Positions 49,778-60,015 of a DNA stretch of 64,000 nt are shown here, piece by piece (within the stretch, counting starts at the first letter, position 1; each line of letters opens with the position of its first letter). The notes below the pieces were generated by a model that was not told the origin of the DNA, did not search any database, and worked only from the letters and a program-made list of their open reading frames with translations. The position numbers and the translations under genes are program-made. Origin of the DNA: Novosphingobium sp. (GTDB lineage: Bacteria; Pseudomonadota; Alphaproteobacteria; Sphingomonadales; Sphingomonadaceae); contig JAWKXX010000017.1 of the NCBI GenBank assembly GCA_041396785.1, positions 22,360 to 86,359 of the forward strand, in the 5' to 3' direction.

Positions 49778-51369
49778 GCTCCGGCCATTGCGGCCTTTGG
49801 TGCGGGCCGGGCACTTTTCTCCACCTGAAACTCTTCATGGTAGGACCGCTCGACATTCACTTCCCACAGATCATGCGCTTCACCCAGGACGTTGCGAGCC
49901 GCCAGCATGGCGGTGAGCATGGAATGGTCCTGGTTGTTGTAGCGGTGCATGCCGTTCCGGCCAACGACCTGCAGGTTGTCGAAACCGTCCAGCCACTCGC
50001 GGATCGTATTGACCGCTTTCCGATACCCGTCGTCATAGACCGGATAGGCCTTCGGCTGCCGGATAACCGTGCCGTCAATGACGGATCCGGCAGGGGCGAG
50101 CTTGAGCTGTGCGAGTTCCTGCGTTGCCAGGGCGATCAGGTCCGCATCGTCCATATCCCAAAGCTCGCTGCCGATATCGCAGAAATACTCCATGCCGATG
50201 CTCGCCCGGTCGCGAGTGGGAACCATCTCCTCCGACCAGGCACGGAAATTCTGAATGCGTCCAACCTGAACGTCCGGGCTGTGAACGTAGATCCAGTTAT
50301 CGGGAAATGGATCGGCGTGATCCAGAATCAGCGTCACGATCACAAAGTCGCGGTATTTGAGCTCATCGGCCGCTTCACGCACATGCTGCGGAGCGGGCGG
50401 ATCCATGGCATGCACCAGCTCGCGCAACGCCATCGATGAAATGAACGAATCGCCTGTCAGCCGGCGGCGGGTGCCCTCCCCGTCCTCGACGGCAACGGAA
50501 CTGACTCTCCCTCGCTCATGATGAAGGCGCGTCACCGTCGCACCAGTCCGTACATCCCCACCCGCTTCGAGGATACGATCGCGGCAATGCTCCCACATCA
50601 TACCCGGCCCAAGTCGCGGATAGTGAAATCGCTCAATCAGGCTGGCCGTATTGTTTGCACCGCCAAGGGCATTGATCACAGCCTTGCTGAGCGAGAGGTT
50701 CTGAATGCGTTGGGCAGCCCAGTCAGCGCTGATCTCGTGGCACCGCAGCCCCCAGACCTTCTCGGTGTAGGTTCGGAAGAAGTGCTGGAACAGGCGCCCG
50801 CCAAACCGGTTGATCACCCATTGCTGCAGATTGCGTTCATTCTGAAACGGCCTGACCTTCCATTTCAGGTAGCTCAGCGCGATGCGAACGGTTTCGTAGA
50901 TACCCATGTTCCACAATGCGTTGCCGATCTTGAGAGGATAGGCGAAATATTTGCCGCGATAGTAGATGCGGCTCAGCCTCGGACGCAGCAGGAAATCTGC
51001 GCCGCATATTTCGTGCCACAGCGCATCCACCTCGCCCACTTTGGTGAAGAAGCGGTGGCCGCCGATATCGAAGCGAAATCCCTTGTAGGTTTCCGTCCTC
51101 GCGATCCCGCCCATCTTGTCGCTGGCTTCGAGCACGATCGGATTGTGGCGGGCGCTTTGCTTGCAGAGTTCATACGCGGCAGTCAGGCCGGCTGGCCCGC
51201 CGCCGATGATGACAACATCACGATCACGGCGTGTCTTGGCGCGGGGAGCGTCACTGCTCGTCCCACCCATCTGGTCGTCGCACGAGTCCCTGCCGGCAAG
51301 TCCGACTTTGTCGACGAAGTCATCCGAATGCGGCTTTCTCAAGGGCCCTGTTCCCTGATTGACAGTCAA
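49774..51369 (-). CDS. FAD-dependent oxidoreductase, UDP-galactopyranose mutase/HemY-like
   Basis: GGGPAGL, DIGGHRFF, YTEKVWG, AYPVY, GRNGMHRYNNQDHS; start may be ATG 51270. Confidence 0.8.
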   Translation of the reverse strand: MTVNQGTGPLRKPHSDDFVDKVGLAGRDSCDDQMGGTSSDAPRAKTRRDRDVVIIGGGPAGLTAAYELCKQSARHNPIVLEASDKMGGIARTETYKGFRFDIGGHRFFTKVGEVDALWHEICGADFLLRPRLSRIYYRGKYFAYPLKIGNALWNMGIYETVRIALSYLKWKVRPFQNERNLQQWVINRFGGRLFQHFFRTYTEKVWGLRCHEISADWAAQRIQNLSLSKAVINALGGANNTASLIERFHYPRLGPGMMWEHCRDRILEAGGDVRTGATVTRLHHERGRVSSVAVEDGEGTRRRLTGDSFISSMALRELVHAMDPPAPQHVREAADELKYRDFVIVTLILDHADPFPDNWIYVHSPDVQVGRIQNFRAWSEEMVPTRDRASIGMEYFCDIGSELWDMDDADLIALATQELAQLKLAPAGSVIDGTVIRQPKAYPVYDDGYRKAVNTIREWLDGFDNLQVVGRNGMHRYNNQDHSMLTAMLAARNVLGEAHDLWEVNVERSYHEEFQVEKSARPAPKAAMAGA

Positions 51370-51438
51370 TTAACAAAGGTGCTTCATTTCCGTTCACTTG
51401 CCAAGCCGGCAAAAGCGGCCTTGTCCCGAATTGAGAAA

Positions 51439-51473
51439 CCCGGCCTGCGTGAATGCTACGCACGCAGGCCGGG
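51439..51473 (-). terminator. Intrinsic terminator after enoyl-CoA hydratase
   Basis: 13-bp perfect stem CCCGGCCTGCGTG/CACGCAGGCCGGG followed by TTTC on the minus strand. Confidence 0.7.
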
Positions 51474-51556
51474 GATCGTCGCAGCCCGGCCTTGAAGGCC
51501 GTGTGTCGCTGCTCAACGGGGAGGTTCCGCAGATCCGGGACCCAACGTCTTGGGAT

Positions 51557-52471
51557 CTAACGATCCTTTAGCGCCAATTCGATCGGGGGAGCATCTTTCC
51601 AGTCCGGAACGCCGTCTTCCGGAAGGGCCACCGGCCGGCCGCCCGCGGCGGATCCGCCGTGCAGCGATTCCCAGTGCGTGTGATTGAGCTGATGCAGCGT
51701 GAAGCAGGCATTCAGCGCATTGTGGAAGCCCATGTTGTCGACGGTCTGATTAACCGATTCCTTGATCATCAGCGCAGCCATGGTCGGCACCTTGGCAATG
51801 CGGCGGGCGAATTCGAGAGTCCGTTCGGCCAGTTCGTCCTTCGGATAGATCTTCGAGACCATATCCAGACGATAAGCCTCCTCGACGTCGATGGCATCGC
51901 CGGTCAGCATCATTTCCTTCGTCTTGCGCGGGCCGAACTCCCAGGGGTGCGCGAAGTACTCCATCCCGCACATGCCCAGGCGAGTTCCCACGACGTCAAC
52001 GAAAGTCGTATCTTCGGCCGCGACAATCAGGTCGCATGCCCACATCAGCATCAGCCCGGCGGAAACGACCTTGCCGTGGACCTGCGCGATCGTCGTCTTG
52101 CGCAAATTGCGCCAACGCAGCGTGTTCTGGAAGAAGTAGTGCCATTCCTGCAACGTACGTCCCTCGCCGGCTTTGTAGGTGCCGCCGTTGGTCCGGGCGG
52201 TGACATGCTGCTCCGGCCCCGGAAGGATGGAAGCCATCTGCTCCTTCGAACCCATGTCATGCCCCGAGGAAAAGATCGGCCCCGCTCCGGCGAGGATGAC
52301 GACCCGCACCTTGTCGTCCATTTCGGCCTGCTCGAACGCATCGCCCAGTTCGACCAGCATTTCGCGATTCTGTGCGTTGCGTGCTTCGGGACGATTCAGC
52401 GTGATCCGAACGATCGTGCCTTCGTCGAATGCTTCCGTAAGGAGGTATTTATACGCCAATGCCGTCTCCAT
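51557..52471 (-). CDS. Enoyl-CoA hydratase (EchA13-like)
   Basis: LNRPEARNA, FSSGHD, IAQVHG...AGL.L..ACD, EYFAHPWE.GPR. Confidence 0.88.
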   Translation of the reverse strand: METALAYKYLLTEAFDEGTIVRITLNRPEARNAQNREMLVELGDAFEQAEMDDKVRVVILAGAGPIFSSGHDMGSKEQMASILPGPEQHVTARTNGGTYKAGEGRTLQEWHYFFQNTLRWRNLRKTTIAQVHGKVVSAGLMLMWACDLIVAAEDTTFVDVVGTRLGMCGMEYFAHPWEFGPRKTKEMMLTGDAIDVEEAYRLDMVSKIYPKDELAERTLEFARRIAKVPTMAALMIKESVNQTVDNMGFHNALNACFTLHQLNHTHWESLHGGSAAGGRPVALPEDGVPDWKDAPPIELALKDR

Positions 52472-52732
52472 CGTCTCAGATGTGGCTGCAGCCCAAAGCC
52501 CAGCGCTCCATCTAACGCAATGCGCAGACTAGCAGGCGTAAACACTAATTCCAGTTGCGATACTCAACGATTGCTTCACGCGCGACGCGCCACGAGGCGG
52601 TGCATATCTCAGGCTATGTCCGTCTGTCCGCGCCAATGCTTGGCCGTGGACAAATCGTCTGGCATCTGAATCACCGCAGCTGCTCGCTGGGAATCAGACC
52701 TATACTCAGAGCCAAACCGCAATCGCGGTGCT

Positions 52733-54082
52733 TCAGGAAGCCGTACCGGCGAGCCTGCGAGCTTCCATCACCCTGATCGCTTTCGCCGCCATAAAGAACA
52801 GGCAGGCACCGACGGCGAAGAACAAGGCGGATCCAACCAAGGCCCAGCGTATGGGATGCTCCACGCCAAGACCCGTGAAGGTGTCGCTGAGGAGGCCGGC
52901 GATCGGCGGCCCGCATCCATAGCCGACCAGGTTGAGGACGACAGCAAGGACACCGCCCAATACGCCACGCATGTGCAGTGGAGCAATCGTCATGAAGGTC
53001 GCGAATGTCGCGCCATAATAAGTGTAGTTGAGAAAATTGTATGTGGCGATCAGCGCTATAACCACCATCCAATTGTCTACGAGCATCGCTCCCACCGCCA
53101 GAGGTGTCGCCAACAGCATCAGCCATCCGACCAGGCGGGGGGCGGCGTCGATTGAGCGTACCGCCATGCGATCGGCAAAAACCCCGCCAAGCAGAATACC
53201 GAGCACACCTGTCGGGCCTTTCGCAATCGCGATGCCGTAACCCGCCTGCTCGATCGTCAGGCCATGCACGCGAATAAGAAATGGAGAGGCGAACGCTGAG
53301 AGTCCGGCCTGCGCGATAACGACGGAGGCGGCGGCAAGCATCAGGAGATAGAGCGGAGGTGTGGCGAGCAAGGTTTGCATCGCTGCCCGCGGTCCCGCAC
53401 GACCCTTGTCCGATGCAGGCGCAGGATCGGCTGGCGCAGTATCAGATGCACCGCGAACCGGCTCTCGAATCGTCAGCAGGATCAGGAGTGCGAGCAGGAA
53501 GCCTGGGATGCCTGACAGGAAAAACACTGCGCGCCAGCCAAAATGTGCAGCGAGTACACCGCCAAGCGCAAAGCTCACTCCCACGGCAACGGGCGTGCTT
53601 GTGTAGAAAAGCGACATTGCCAAACCGCGCTTTTCTTTCGGAAAATAGTCGGTGATCAGCGACATTGCAGCAGGAGACGCGCCGGACTCGCTCGCTCCGA
53701 CTCCAATTCGGGCAAGCATCAGCATCACCCACGACGAGGCAAGGCCGCAAAGCAGGGTCAGTGCACTCCATACTGTAACCAAGGAACTCAGTATCCGGGT
53801 GCGGGAATATCGATCGATCAGAATCCCGAGGGGGATTCCGGCCAGCGAATAGGAAATAGCAAAAGCCAATCCCGCAAGCAGGCCAAGCTGTCCGTCGGTG
53901 AGGGCAAACTCAGTCTTTATCGGCTCTGCAAGGACCGAGATCAGCGTCCGGTCAATCGAGCTGAACGTATAGACCAGCGCGAGGATCAGGATCACGTAAT
54001 AGCGATACCAGCCCGCGGCCTGCCCGGGTGCCTCTGCGACTTCTTGCCTTGGCGACATGCTAGACATTCCGGTTTGACCCAA
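52733..54082 (-). CDS. MFS transporter (spinster-like)
   Basis: IDR..IS.L.EPIK..F.L.D.QLG, AR..VG..E, S.I.DYFP...R. Confidence 0.9.
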   Translation of the reverse strand: MGQTGMSSMSPRQEVAEAPGQAAGWYRYYVILILALVYTFSSIDRTLISVLAEPIKTEFALTDGQLGLLAGLAFAISYSLAGIPLGILIDRYSRTRILSSLVTVWSALTLLCGLASSWVMLMLARIGVGASESGASPAAMSLITDYFPKEKRGLAMSLFYTSTPVAVGVSFALGGVLAAHFGWRAVFFLSGIPGFLLALLILLTIREPVRGASDTAPADPAPASDKGRAGPRAAMQTLLATPPLYLLMLAAASVVIAQAGLSAFASPFLIRVHGLTIEQAGYGIAIAKGPTGVLGILLGGVFADRMAVRSIDAAPRLVGWLMLLATPLAVGAMLVDNWMVVIALIATYNFLNYTYYGATFATFMTIAPLHMRGVLGGVLAVVLNLVGYGCGPPIAGLLSDTFTGLGVEHPIRWALVGSALFFAVGACLFFMAAKAIRVMEARRLAGTAS

Positions 54083-54320
54083 TGCCGCGTCCTCTCATGA
54101 TCTCCCTGCATTTTCTCACGGTTCGATGTTCTTTCTTTCGAAACCCTGCTTGTGATGCACTTACGCAAGACCAGATCACCTGACCAAGCGTAACGCCGGA
54201 TACTCCCGCGCTTGTTCGCATGGGCGAAAAAGCCTCCCCTAATTCAAGCATCTCCGCGCATCCCCCCAGGGACCGGGACATGCGTTGCGCAAAGATTACA
54301 GCAAAGGACCTAGTCAACCT

Positions 54321-55208
54321 ATGGAGGAGCGAACGCACAAACCCCTGCTCGGGATCCTGCTGCGCGCTTGTTCGGCGTTCTGCTTCGCGTTGATGGCGGT
54401 TGCCGTTAAATTCGGTCATGCCACAGGCTCGAGCCCAATCGAGATCGTCATAGCCCGGGCCCTGTTCGCTCTGCCGCTGGTCCTGGCCTGGGTAGGTGCA
54501 ACTCCGCAAAAGCAAGCCTGGCGAACGAAGCGGCCATGGGCTCACGTCTGGCGCGCCGCGCTGGGGCTTACGGTGATGGCCGCAGGATACACCGCGCTCA
54601 GGGACCTGCCGTTAACGGAGGCATCGGCAATCAGCTTTGCCGCACCTGTCTTTGCCGTGATACTTTCCGCATTGATCTTGAAGGAATGGATCGGATGGCA
54701 TCGGTGGTCCGCGGTGTTGTTCGGTTTCCTGGGCATACTCATCGTCACTCAGCCAGGTCAGGCGAATTTGCCGATGCAGGGCATCATCCTGGCCATTCTC
54801 GCGGCACTGGGCACCGGTGCTTTGGCCGTGACCATCCGCAAGCTGGGCGAAACCGAGACAACCCAGACGAGTGTTCTGTGGTTCACCCTTCTTACCGTGG
54901 CGGTAATGTTGCCCGCGGCGGCATTTTACCTTCGGCCGCACGACCTCTGGGGCTGGTCTGCGCTTGTCATGATCGGCCTGTCAGGCGCTCTGGCCCAGAT
55001 ATTCCACACAGCCTCGTTGCGCTTTGCACCGGTATCCGTCGTGATGCCTTTCGACTACATGCAGATGCTGTGGGCGCTTGTTTTCGGATGGTATCTGTTT
55101 TCGCAATATCCCCCTCCCTCGACCCTGATAGGTGGTGGCATCATCCTCGTGAGCGGCTTCTACATCTTCAACCGGGAACGCGGCAACAAGGTCGCAAAGC
55201 CCGCTTGA
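54321..55208 (+). CDS. DMT/EamA family transporter
   Basis: Ten TM segments, two EamA repeats (F.AP.F, E..G..RW, PF.Y.Q). Confidence 0.88.
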   Translation: MEERTHKPLLGILLRACSAFCFALMAVAVKFGHATGSSPIEIVIARALFALPLVLAWVGATPQKQAWRTKRPWAHVWRAALGLTVMAAGYTALRDLPLTEASAISFAAPVFAVILSALILKEWIGWHRWSAVLFGFLGILIVTQPGQANLPMQGIILAILAALGTGALAVTIRKLGETETTQTSVLWFTLLTVAVMLPAAAFYLRPHDLWGWSALVMIGLSGALAQIFHTASLRFAPVSVVMPFDYMQMLWALVFGWYLFSQYPPPSTLIGGGIILVSGFYIFNRERGNKVAKPA

Positions 55209-55484
55209 TGAGCCGAACACGACGCCGCGTTCCCTACTCCTCGCCACGAAAAGGCACACGTCTGGCTCATCCTCTCGAAAGAATGGAACGAGAGATTCTC
55301 CGGTGCTTGCGAGATTTCCAACCGCGTGCGGCGCAATGAAAGGACAACTGTTCCGCCATTGCGATAAAATGACGGAATCGCCTCAAATCAAGAACGAAGC
55401 CGGATCGTTCGGTTTAGAAGATGCACCGGATCATATCGATCCCAATGTGAAATTTGGACGTCAGCGAGGCGTCATGAAGAGGGA

Positions 55485-56441
55485 ATGATGGCCACCTCTC
55501 AAGATTCAGGTCCCGCCACTACCACCGCAGGGCTGCTCGAAGGCAAAGCCGTACTGATCACAGGCGCGGGGGCAGGCATCGGCAGGGCCATCGCATTGGC
55601 GATGGCAGAACAGGGAGCGTCGGTGCTCGTCAACGACCATGGCACGGATGTCGAGGGAAACGGCAGCGATGCAAGCCTTGCCCGGCAGGTGGCCGATGCG
55701 ATTGGAGCCCGGGGCGGAATCGCCAAGGCAAACCACGGCGACGTTTCCAGCCGGGATGATGCGGAAGCAATGGTTGCCGAGGCAATCGAGCACTTCGGAC
55801 GTCTCGACGTCGTGATCAACAATGCGGGGATCCTGCGCGACCGCATCTTTCACAAGATGTCGGCTGAGGATTGGGACCGCGTCGTGAACACGCATCTCAC
55901 GGGAACGTTCCAGGTGAGCCGCGCAGCTGCCCCTCATTTCAGGCAACAAGAGGCAGGCGCATATATCCACATGACTTCCGTCAGCGGCCTGATCGGGGGG
56001 CTTGCACACGCGAACTACGGTGCGGCCAAACTCGGTGTCGTCGGCCTTTCCCGGGCGATCGCCCTAGACATGGCACGTTTCAATGTCCGATCGAACTGTA
56101 TCGCTCCGACTGCATTCACCCGCATGTTCGAAACGACCCCGCAGCTGGCTCGTGATCGCGACCCCGCATGGATAGAGCGCAGCGCCAACACCCGCGGCGA
56201 GCAAATCGCTCCGCTCGCGATCTATTTGGCCAGCGACCTCAGCCAGTCGATTTCAGGGCAGGTATTCGGCGCACGCGGCAACGAGATCTTCCTATATAAC
56301 CAACCGCGCCCGATTGGCTGGCTACACCGCGACGAGGGGTGGAACCCCGCAACGATTCAACAGGTCATGGCGACGGACTGGGCAGATCTGCTCACACCGC
56401 TCGAACGGCATCAAGATGTCCTAGCCTCGCCAAAGCAATGA
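55485..56441 (+). CDS. SDR family oxidoreductase (hydroxyacyl-CoA DH-like)
   Basis: TGAGAGIG, VND, NNAGILRDR, NYGAAK. Confidence 0.9.
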   Translation: MMATSQDSGPATTTAGLLEGKAVLITGAGAGIGRAIALAMAEQGASVLVNDHGTDVEGNGSDASLARQVADAIGARGGIAKANHGDVSSRDDAEAMVAEAIEHFGRLDVVINNAGILRDRIFHKMSAEDWDRVVNTHLTGTFQVSRAAAPHFRQQEAGAYIHMTSVSGLIGGLAHANYGAAKLGVVGLSRAIALDMARFNVRSNCIAPTAFTRMFETTPQLARDRDPAWIERSANTRGEQIAPLAIYLASDLSQSISGQVFGARGNEIFLYNQPRPIGWLHRDEGWNPATIQQVMATDWADLLTPLERHQDVLASPKQ

Positions 56442-57223
56442 GGGTCAAGACCGTGGCATTCAAAGACATCATCGTGGAACAGGGCGGCAATATTGCCCGC
56501 ATCTCGATCAACCGACCCAAGACGCTCAATGCGTTTACCGACCAAACGGTGCAGGAACTCTTCGAGGCGATAATGGCCGCCGGTTCGGACAGGAACATCG
56601 GTGTGATCGTTCTGGGAGGAACTGGCGACCGGGCTTTCTGTGTTGGCCGCGACAACCGGGAACTCAGCGATGGCTCTTCGATGCCGGTCGACTATCTCTA
56701 TTCAGCCATTCGCGATGTCCCGCAGCCGGTAATCGCGCGCGTGCAGGGATATGCAATAGGCGGCGGCAACGTTCTTAGCCTTCTATGCGATCTCACGATT
56801 GCTTCAGAGCGGGCTGTATTCGGACAGGTCGGCCCGCGTGTGGGCGCTGTCGACCCCGGTTGGGGTACCGCTCTTCTTGCCCATACCATCGGTGAAAAGA
56901 AGGCACGGGAAATGTGGTACCTGTGCAAGCGATATAGTGCCCAAGAGGCCCTGAACATGGGGCTCTGCAACGCCGTGGTGCCGCACGAGCAACTGGACCA
57001 GGAAATCGACAACTGGAGCCAGGAGATCTTGAAGGCAAGCCCATCCGCCCTCACCATTGCCAAACGGTCGTTCAATGCGGCGACGGAACAGATGCGTGGA
57101 CAGGCAATGCTTGGCAAGCAGGCGGTCCATTTCTTCCGCGAAACCGACGAGTCGAAGGAAGGTACACGTGCCTTCCTTGAGAAACGCAGCCCCAATTTCC
57201 GCGGGCCGCCCAATTCGTCCTAA
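56438..57223 (+). CDS. Crotonase-fold MenB/BadI-like hydrolase
   Basis: INRP..LNAF, GYAIGGGNVL, FGQVGP.VG.VDPG.G, GEKKARE.W. Confidence 0.8.
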   Translation: MRVKTVAFKDIIVEQGGNIARISINRPKTLNAFTDQTVQELFEAIMAAGSDRNIGVIVLGGTGDRAFCVGRDNRELSDGSSMPVDYLYSAIRDVPQPVIARVQGYAIGGGNVLSLLCDLTIASERAVFGQVGPRVGAVDPGWGTALLAHTIGEKKAREMWYLCKRYSAQEALNMGLCNAVVPHEQLDQEIDNWSQEILKASPSALTIAKRSFNAATEQMRGQAMLGKQAVHFFRETDESKEGTRAFLEKRSPNFRGPPNSS

Positions 57224-57242
57224 AGCCCGATCCGGCAAGGAA

Positions 57243-59198
57243 TCAGGAAGCGGAGCGTATTGCCGCCTCAAGTTCTAGAAGCGCTTCGGGATTCGCGAGA
57301 GCGGAGCTATCCCCGGTCGTGTCTCCAACCAAAGTGCTTCGCACGGCGCTCCGCATCGTCTTCATCGATTTCGTCTTGGGCAAATCAGATACGAAGAGCA
57401 CTTGCTTTGGACGAAACGCACTGCCAGCTGCTCGCGCGACAGCGTCGATCAATCTCGCCGCAAGTGCAGTGCCCGGCTCTACCACGCTGGAAATCGGCAC
57501 ACAGACACAAACCAGCGCCGTACCCTTGACAGGATCGGGAATTCCCACCGCGGCGGCATCGGCGACCAAGCCAGTGGCAAGGAGATGCGCTTCCACCTCC
57601 GCCGCGGAAATCCGCTTTCCCGCAATCTTCAACGAATCATCCGACCGACCCTGCACGTACCAGAGCCCGTCCGCATCGCGCGAGGCAATGTCGCCATGGC
57701 GCCAAATACCGGGATAGCTGCGCCAGTATGTGTCGAGATAGCGTTGCCGGTCACCATAGAGGCCGCGAGTAAGCCCGACAGATGTCTGCCGCATAACCAG
57801 TTCGCCCTTTTCGTCTGGCGCGGTGCTTGTCCCATCATCTCGCAGGATATCGGCCGCCATGCCCGGAATACATCCACCGATCGAGCATGGCTTCAGGGAA
57901 TGCAGCAGTGATGTGCCCAGTATGCTTCCACCGGTCTCGGTGCCGCCCGACAAGTTGAGGATCGGAAGCCGCCGCCGCCCAACGACTTCAAAAAGCCAGT
58001 TCCAGCTTTCCCTGTCACAAGGCTCACCTGTACAGGCGAAGTAGCGGAGCGAGCCGAGGTCTCCGTAACGATGCGGATCGGTCTGCCCTGCGATGTAACT
58101 GCGCACCAGGGTCGGCGATACGCCGAGCACCGTCACCTTGTCTTCCTCGACTAGACGCCAGAGCCTACCTTCGTCAGGAAAGTCCGGCGCACCGTCCACA
58201 AGAATGAAGCAAGCCCCAAAAAGGGTGCTCGCGACGATGCGGCCCGTCGCCCCAAGCCAACCCGGATCGCTGATCCAGTTGATGCGATCGCCCTGCTTGA
58301 TGTCGAGCACGAGGCCATAGTCCAACGCCACCTTTAGGAGGAAGCCTGCGTGTGTATGGACCGTCCCCTTGGGTTTGCCGGTCGTCCCCGATGTGTAGAC
58401 GATCAGGAGCGGATGCTCGGCAGGGACAATGGTCGTCGCAAATTCCGGGGGCGACTGATCGAGCAACTGTGACCAATCGTGATCGCGGGCGCCAGGCGAC
58501 CACGAAACTATTCCCTGATCTACAACGATCACGGCTTCCACGGACGGGGCAGTGCTGACTGCTTCGTCTATCACCGCCTTCATCGGTATGGGCTTGCCGC
58601 GCCGACGGGTAGCGTCGACCGTGACAATCGCCTTTGCCCCGACATCCCTGAGGCGTTCAGCCACGGCGACCACTCCGAGCCCGGAGAAAAACGGGACGAA
58701 GAGCGCGCCCAGCCGGGCCACCGCGAAAAAAACAACTGCGACTTCGGCGACTGCTGGCAGATAAATGGCCACAGGATCACCTTTGCCAATGCCAAGCGAT
58801 GCAAGGGCATTCGCAAGCTGGCGAGACTTCAGGTCCAGTTCCCGATAGGTGAGACTGTGGGTCGTTCCGTCCTCGGCATGCGATATGATGACGGTTTCGT
58901 CGCCCCGCCCTTCGGCGATCGGTGCGTCAAGGCAGGTGAGGACGATGTTGGTCGTTCCGCCGACAAACCAGTGCGGCCATTCGGGACCATCTTCGAGATC
59001 GAGGATAGCTTCGTATGGCGTAGAGAATCTGATGCCGAAATAATTGGCAAGATAATCCCAGAACCATTCCGGTTTCGCGGCCGCTTCGCGTTCCAGCGCC
59101 GCAAGGTCCTGAAGTCCGGCACGGGCGATGAAATCGCTCAAGCGCGCCGCACGGCTAACATCCTCGTTCGGATGGAAGACAAAAGTATCACCGGACAT
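57243..59198 (-). CDS. Acyl-CoA synthetase (acetate--CoA ligase-like)
   Basis: YTSGTTGKPKG, SGGTE, HGD, GRSDD, PKT.S.K. Confidence 0.9.
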   Translation of the reverse strand: MSGDTFVFHPNEDVSRAARLSDFIARAGLQDLAALEREAAAKPEWFWDYLANYFGIRFSTPYEAILDLEDGPEWPHWFVGGTTNIVLTCLDAPIAEGRGDETVIISHAEDGTTHSLTYRELDLKSRQLANALASLGIGKGDPVAIYLPAVAEVAVVFFAVARLGALFVPFFSGLGVVAVAERLRDVGAKAIVTVDATRRRGKPIPMKAVIDEAVSTAPSVEAVIVVDQGIVSWSPGARDHDWSQLLDQSPPEFATTIVPAEHPLLIVYTSGTTGKPKGTVHTHAGFLLKVALDYGLVLDIKQGDRINWISDPGWLGATGRIVASTLFGACFILVDGAPDFPDEGRLWRLVEEDKVTVLGVSPTLVRSYIAGQTDPHRYGDLGSLRYFACTGEPCDRESWNWLFEVVGRRRLPILNLSGGTETGGSILGTSLLHSLKPCSIGGCIPGMAADILRDDGTSTAPDEKGELVMRQTSVGLTRGLYGDRQRYLDTYWRSYPGIWRHGDIASRDADGLWYVQGRSDDSLKIAGKRISAAEVEAHLLATGLVADAAAVGIPDPVKGTALVCVCVPISSVVEPGTALAARLIDAVARAAGSAFRPKQVLFVSDLPKTKSMKTMRSAVRSTLVGDTTGDSSALANPEALLELEAAIRSAS

Positions 59199-59244
59199 CA
59201 GATCGTCCCCGTTGGCGGCAACTACGATACAAGGAGGGAACTGA

Positions 59245-60006
59245 TCACAAGACCTGTCCGGCGCTGGTATGAATAGCCTGTCCGGTAATCTGGCGGCTTT
59301 CCGGCCGGCACAGGAACAGAGTGACCGCAGCAACGTCTTCCGGTTCGGAAACCCTGCCCAACAGGTTCGCGAAGGGCCCATCCTTGGCCAATTCCATGAT
59401 GCGATCGGCCCCATGGGACCGGATCGCCATGGGCGTCCTGGTTAGACCTGGCACGACGCTGTTCACGTTGATGTCGAATTTCCCAAGCTCAGATGCGGCA
59501 GTTCGCGTCAATGCAAGCATCCCGGCTTTCGCGCACGCGTAAGACGCAGGCGCAGAACTACGGAAAGCCGAGGAAGAAGACACGTTGACGATCCGGCCTG
59601 ACAGCTCATGATCAATCATGTTCTGCCCCAGCACGTCAATCAGCACCGCCGGCGAAGTCACGTTGATTGCCATGGTGGTTGCCCAATGGCGCTCCTCCAT
59701 GCCCAAAACCGCGTCAGGCCGGGGACGCCAGCCGGCAACATTGGCAAGAAAGTGGATGTCGCCAACCGCCTCGAGCAAATCGCATGCGACTATTCGAATC
59801 GCGGCGGGATCCGCGAGGTCGGCTGTGACGATCCGACCTCGAGAATCTCCCCCTGCTGCTGCGAGCGTTTCCCGCAAGCCTGCTTCATCGACATCCAGGA
59901 GGACGACCTGGGCGCCTTCCGCCGCAAAGCCAAGCGCGGTTGCGCGACCGATACCCGAGGCCGCGCCTGTGATCAGCGCGGTCTTGTTCGCAAATACCCC
60001 AGTCAT
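59245..60006 (-). CDS. SDR family oxidoreductase
   Basis: TGAASGIG, NVSS, YACAK. Confidence 0.9.
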   Translation of the reverse strand: MTGVFANKTALITGAASGIGRATALGFAAEGAQVVLLDVDEAGLRETLAAAGGDSRGRIVTADLADPAAIRIVACDLLEAVGDIHFLANVAGWRPRPDAVLGMEERHWATTMAINVTSPAVLIDVLGQNMIDHELSGRIVNVSSSSAFRSSAPASYACAKAGMLALTRTAASELGKFDINVNSVVPGLTRTPMAIRSHGADRIMELAKDGPFANLLGRVSEPEDVAAVTLFLCRPESRQITGQAIHTSAGQVL

Positions 60007-60015
60007 CGCCAGCCG

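Noticed and set aside
56438-57223. menB (menaquinone synthesis)
   Set aside because: No other men genes, catabolic context and altered catalytic residues.
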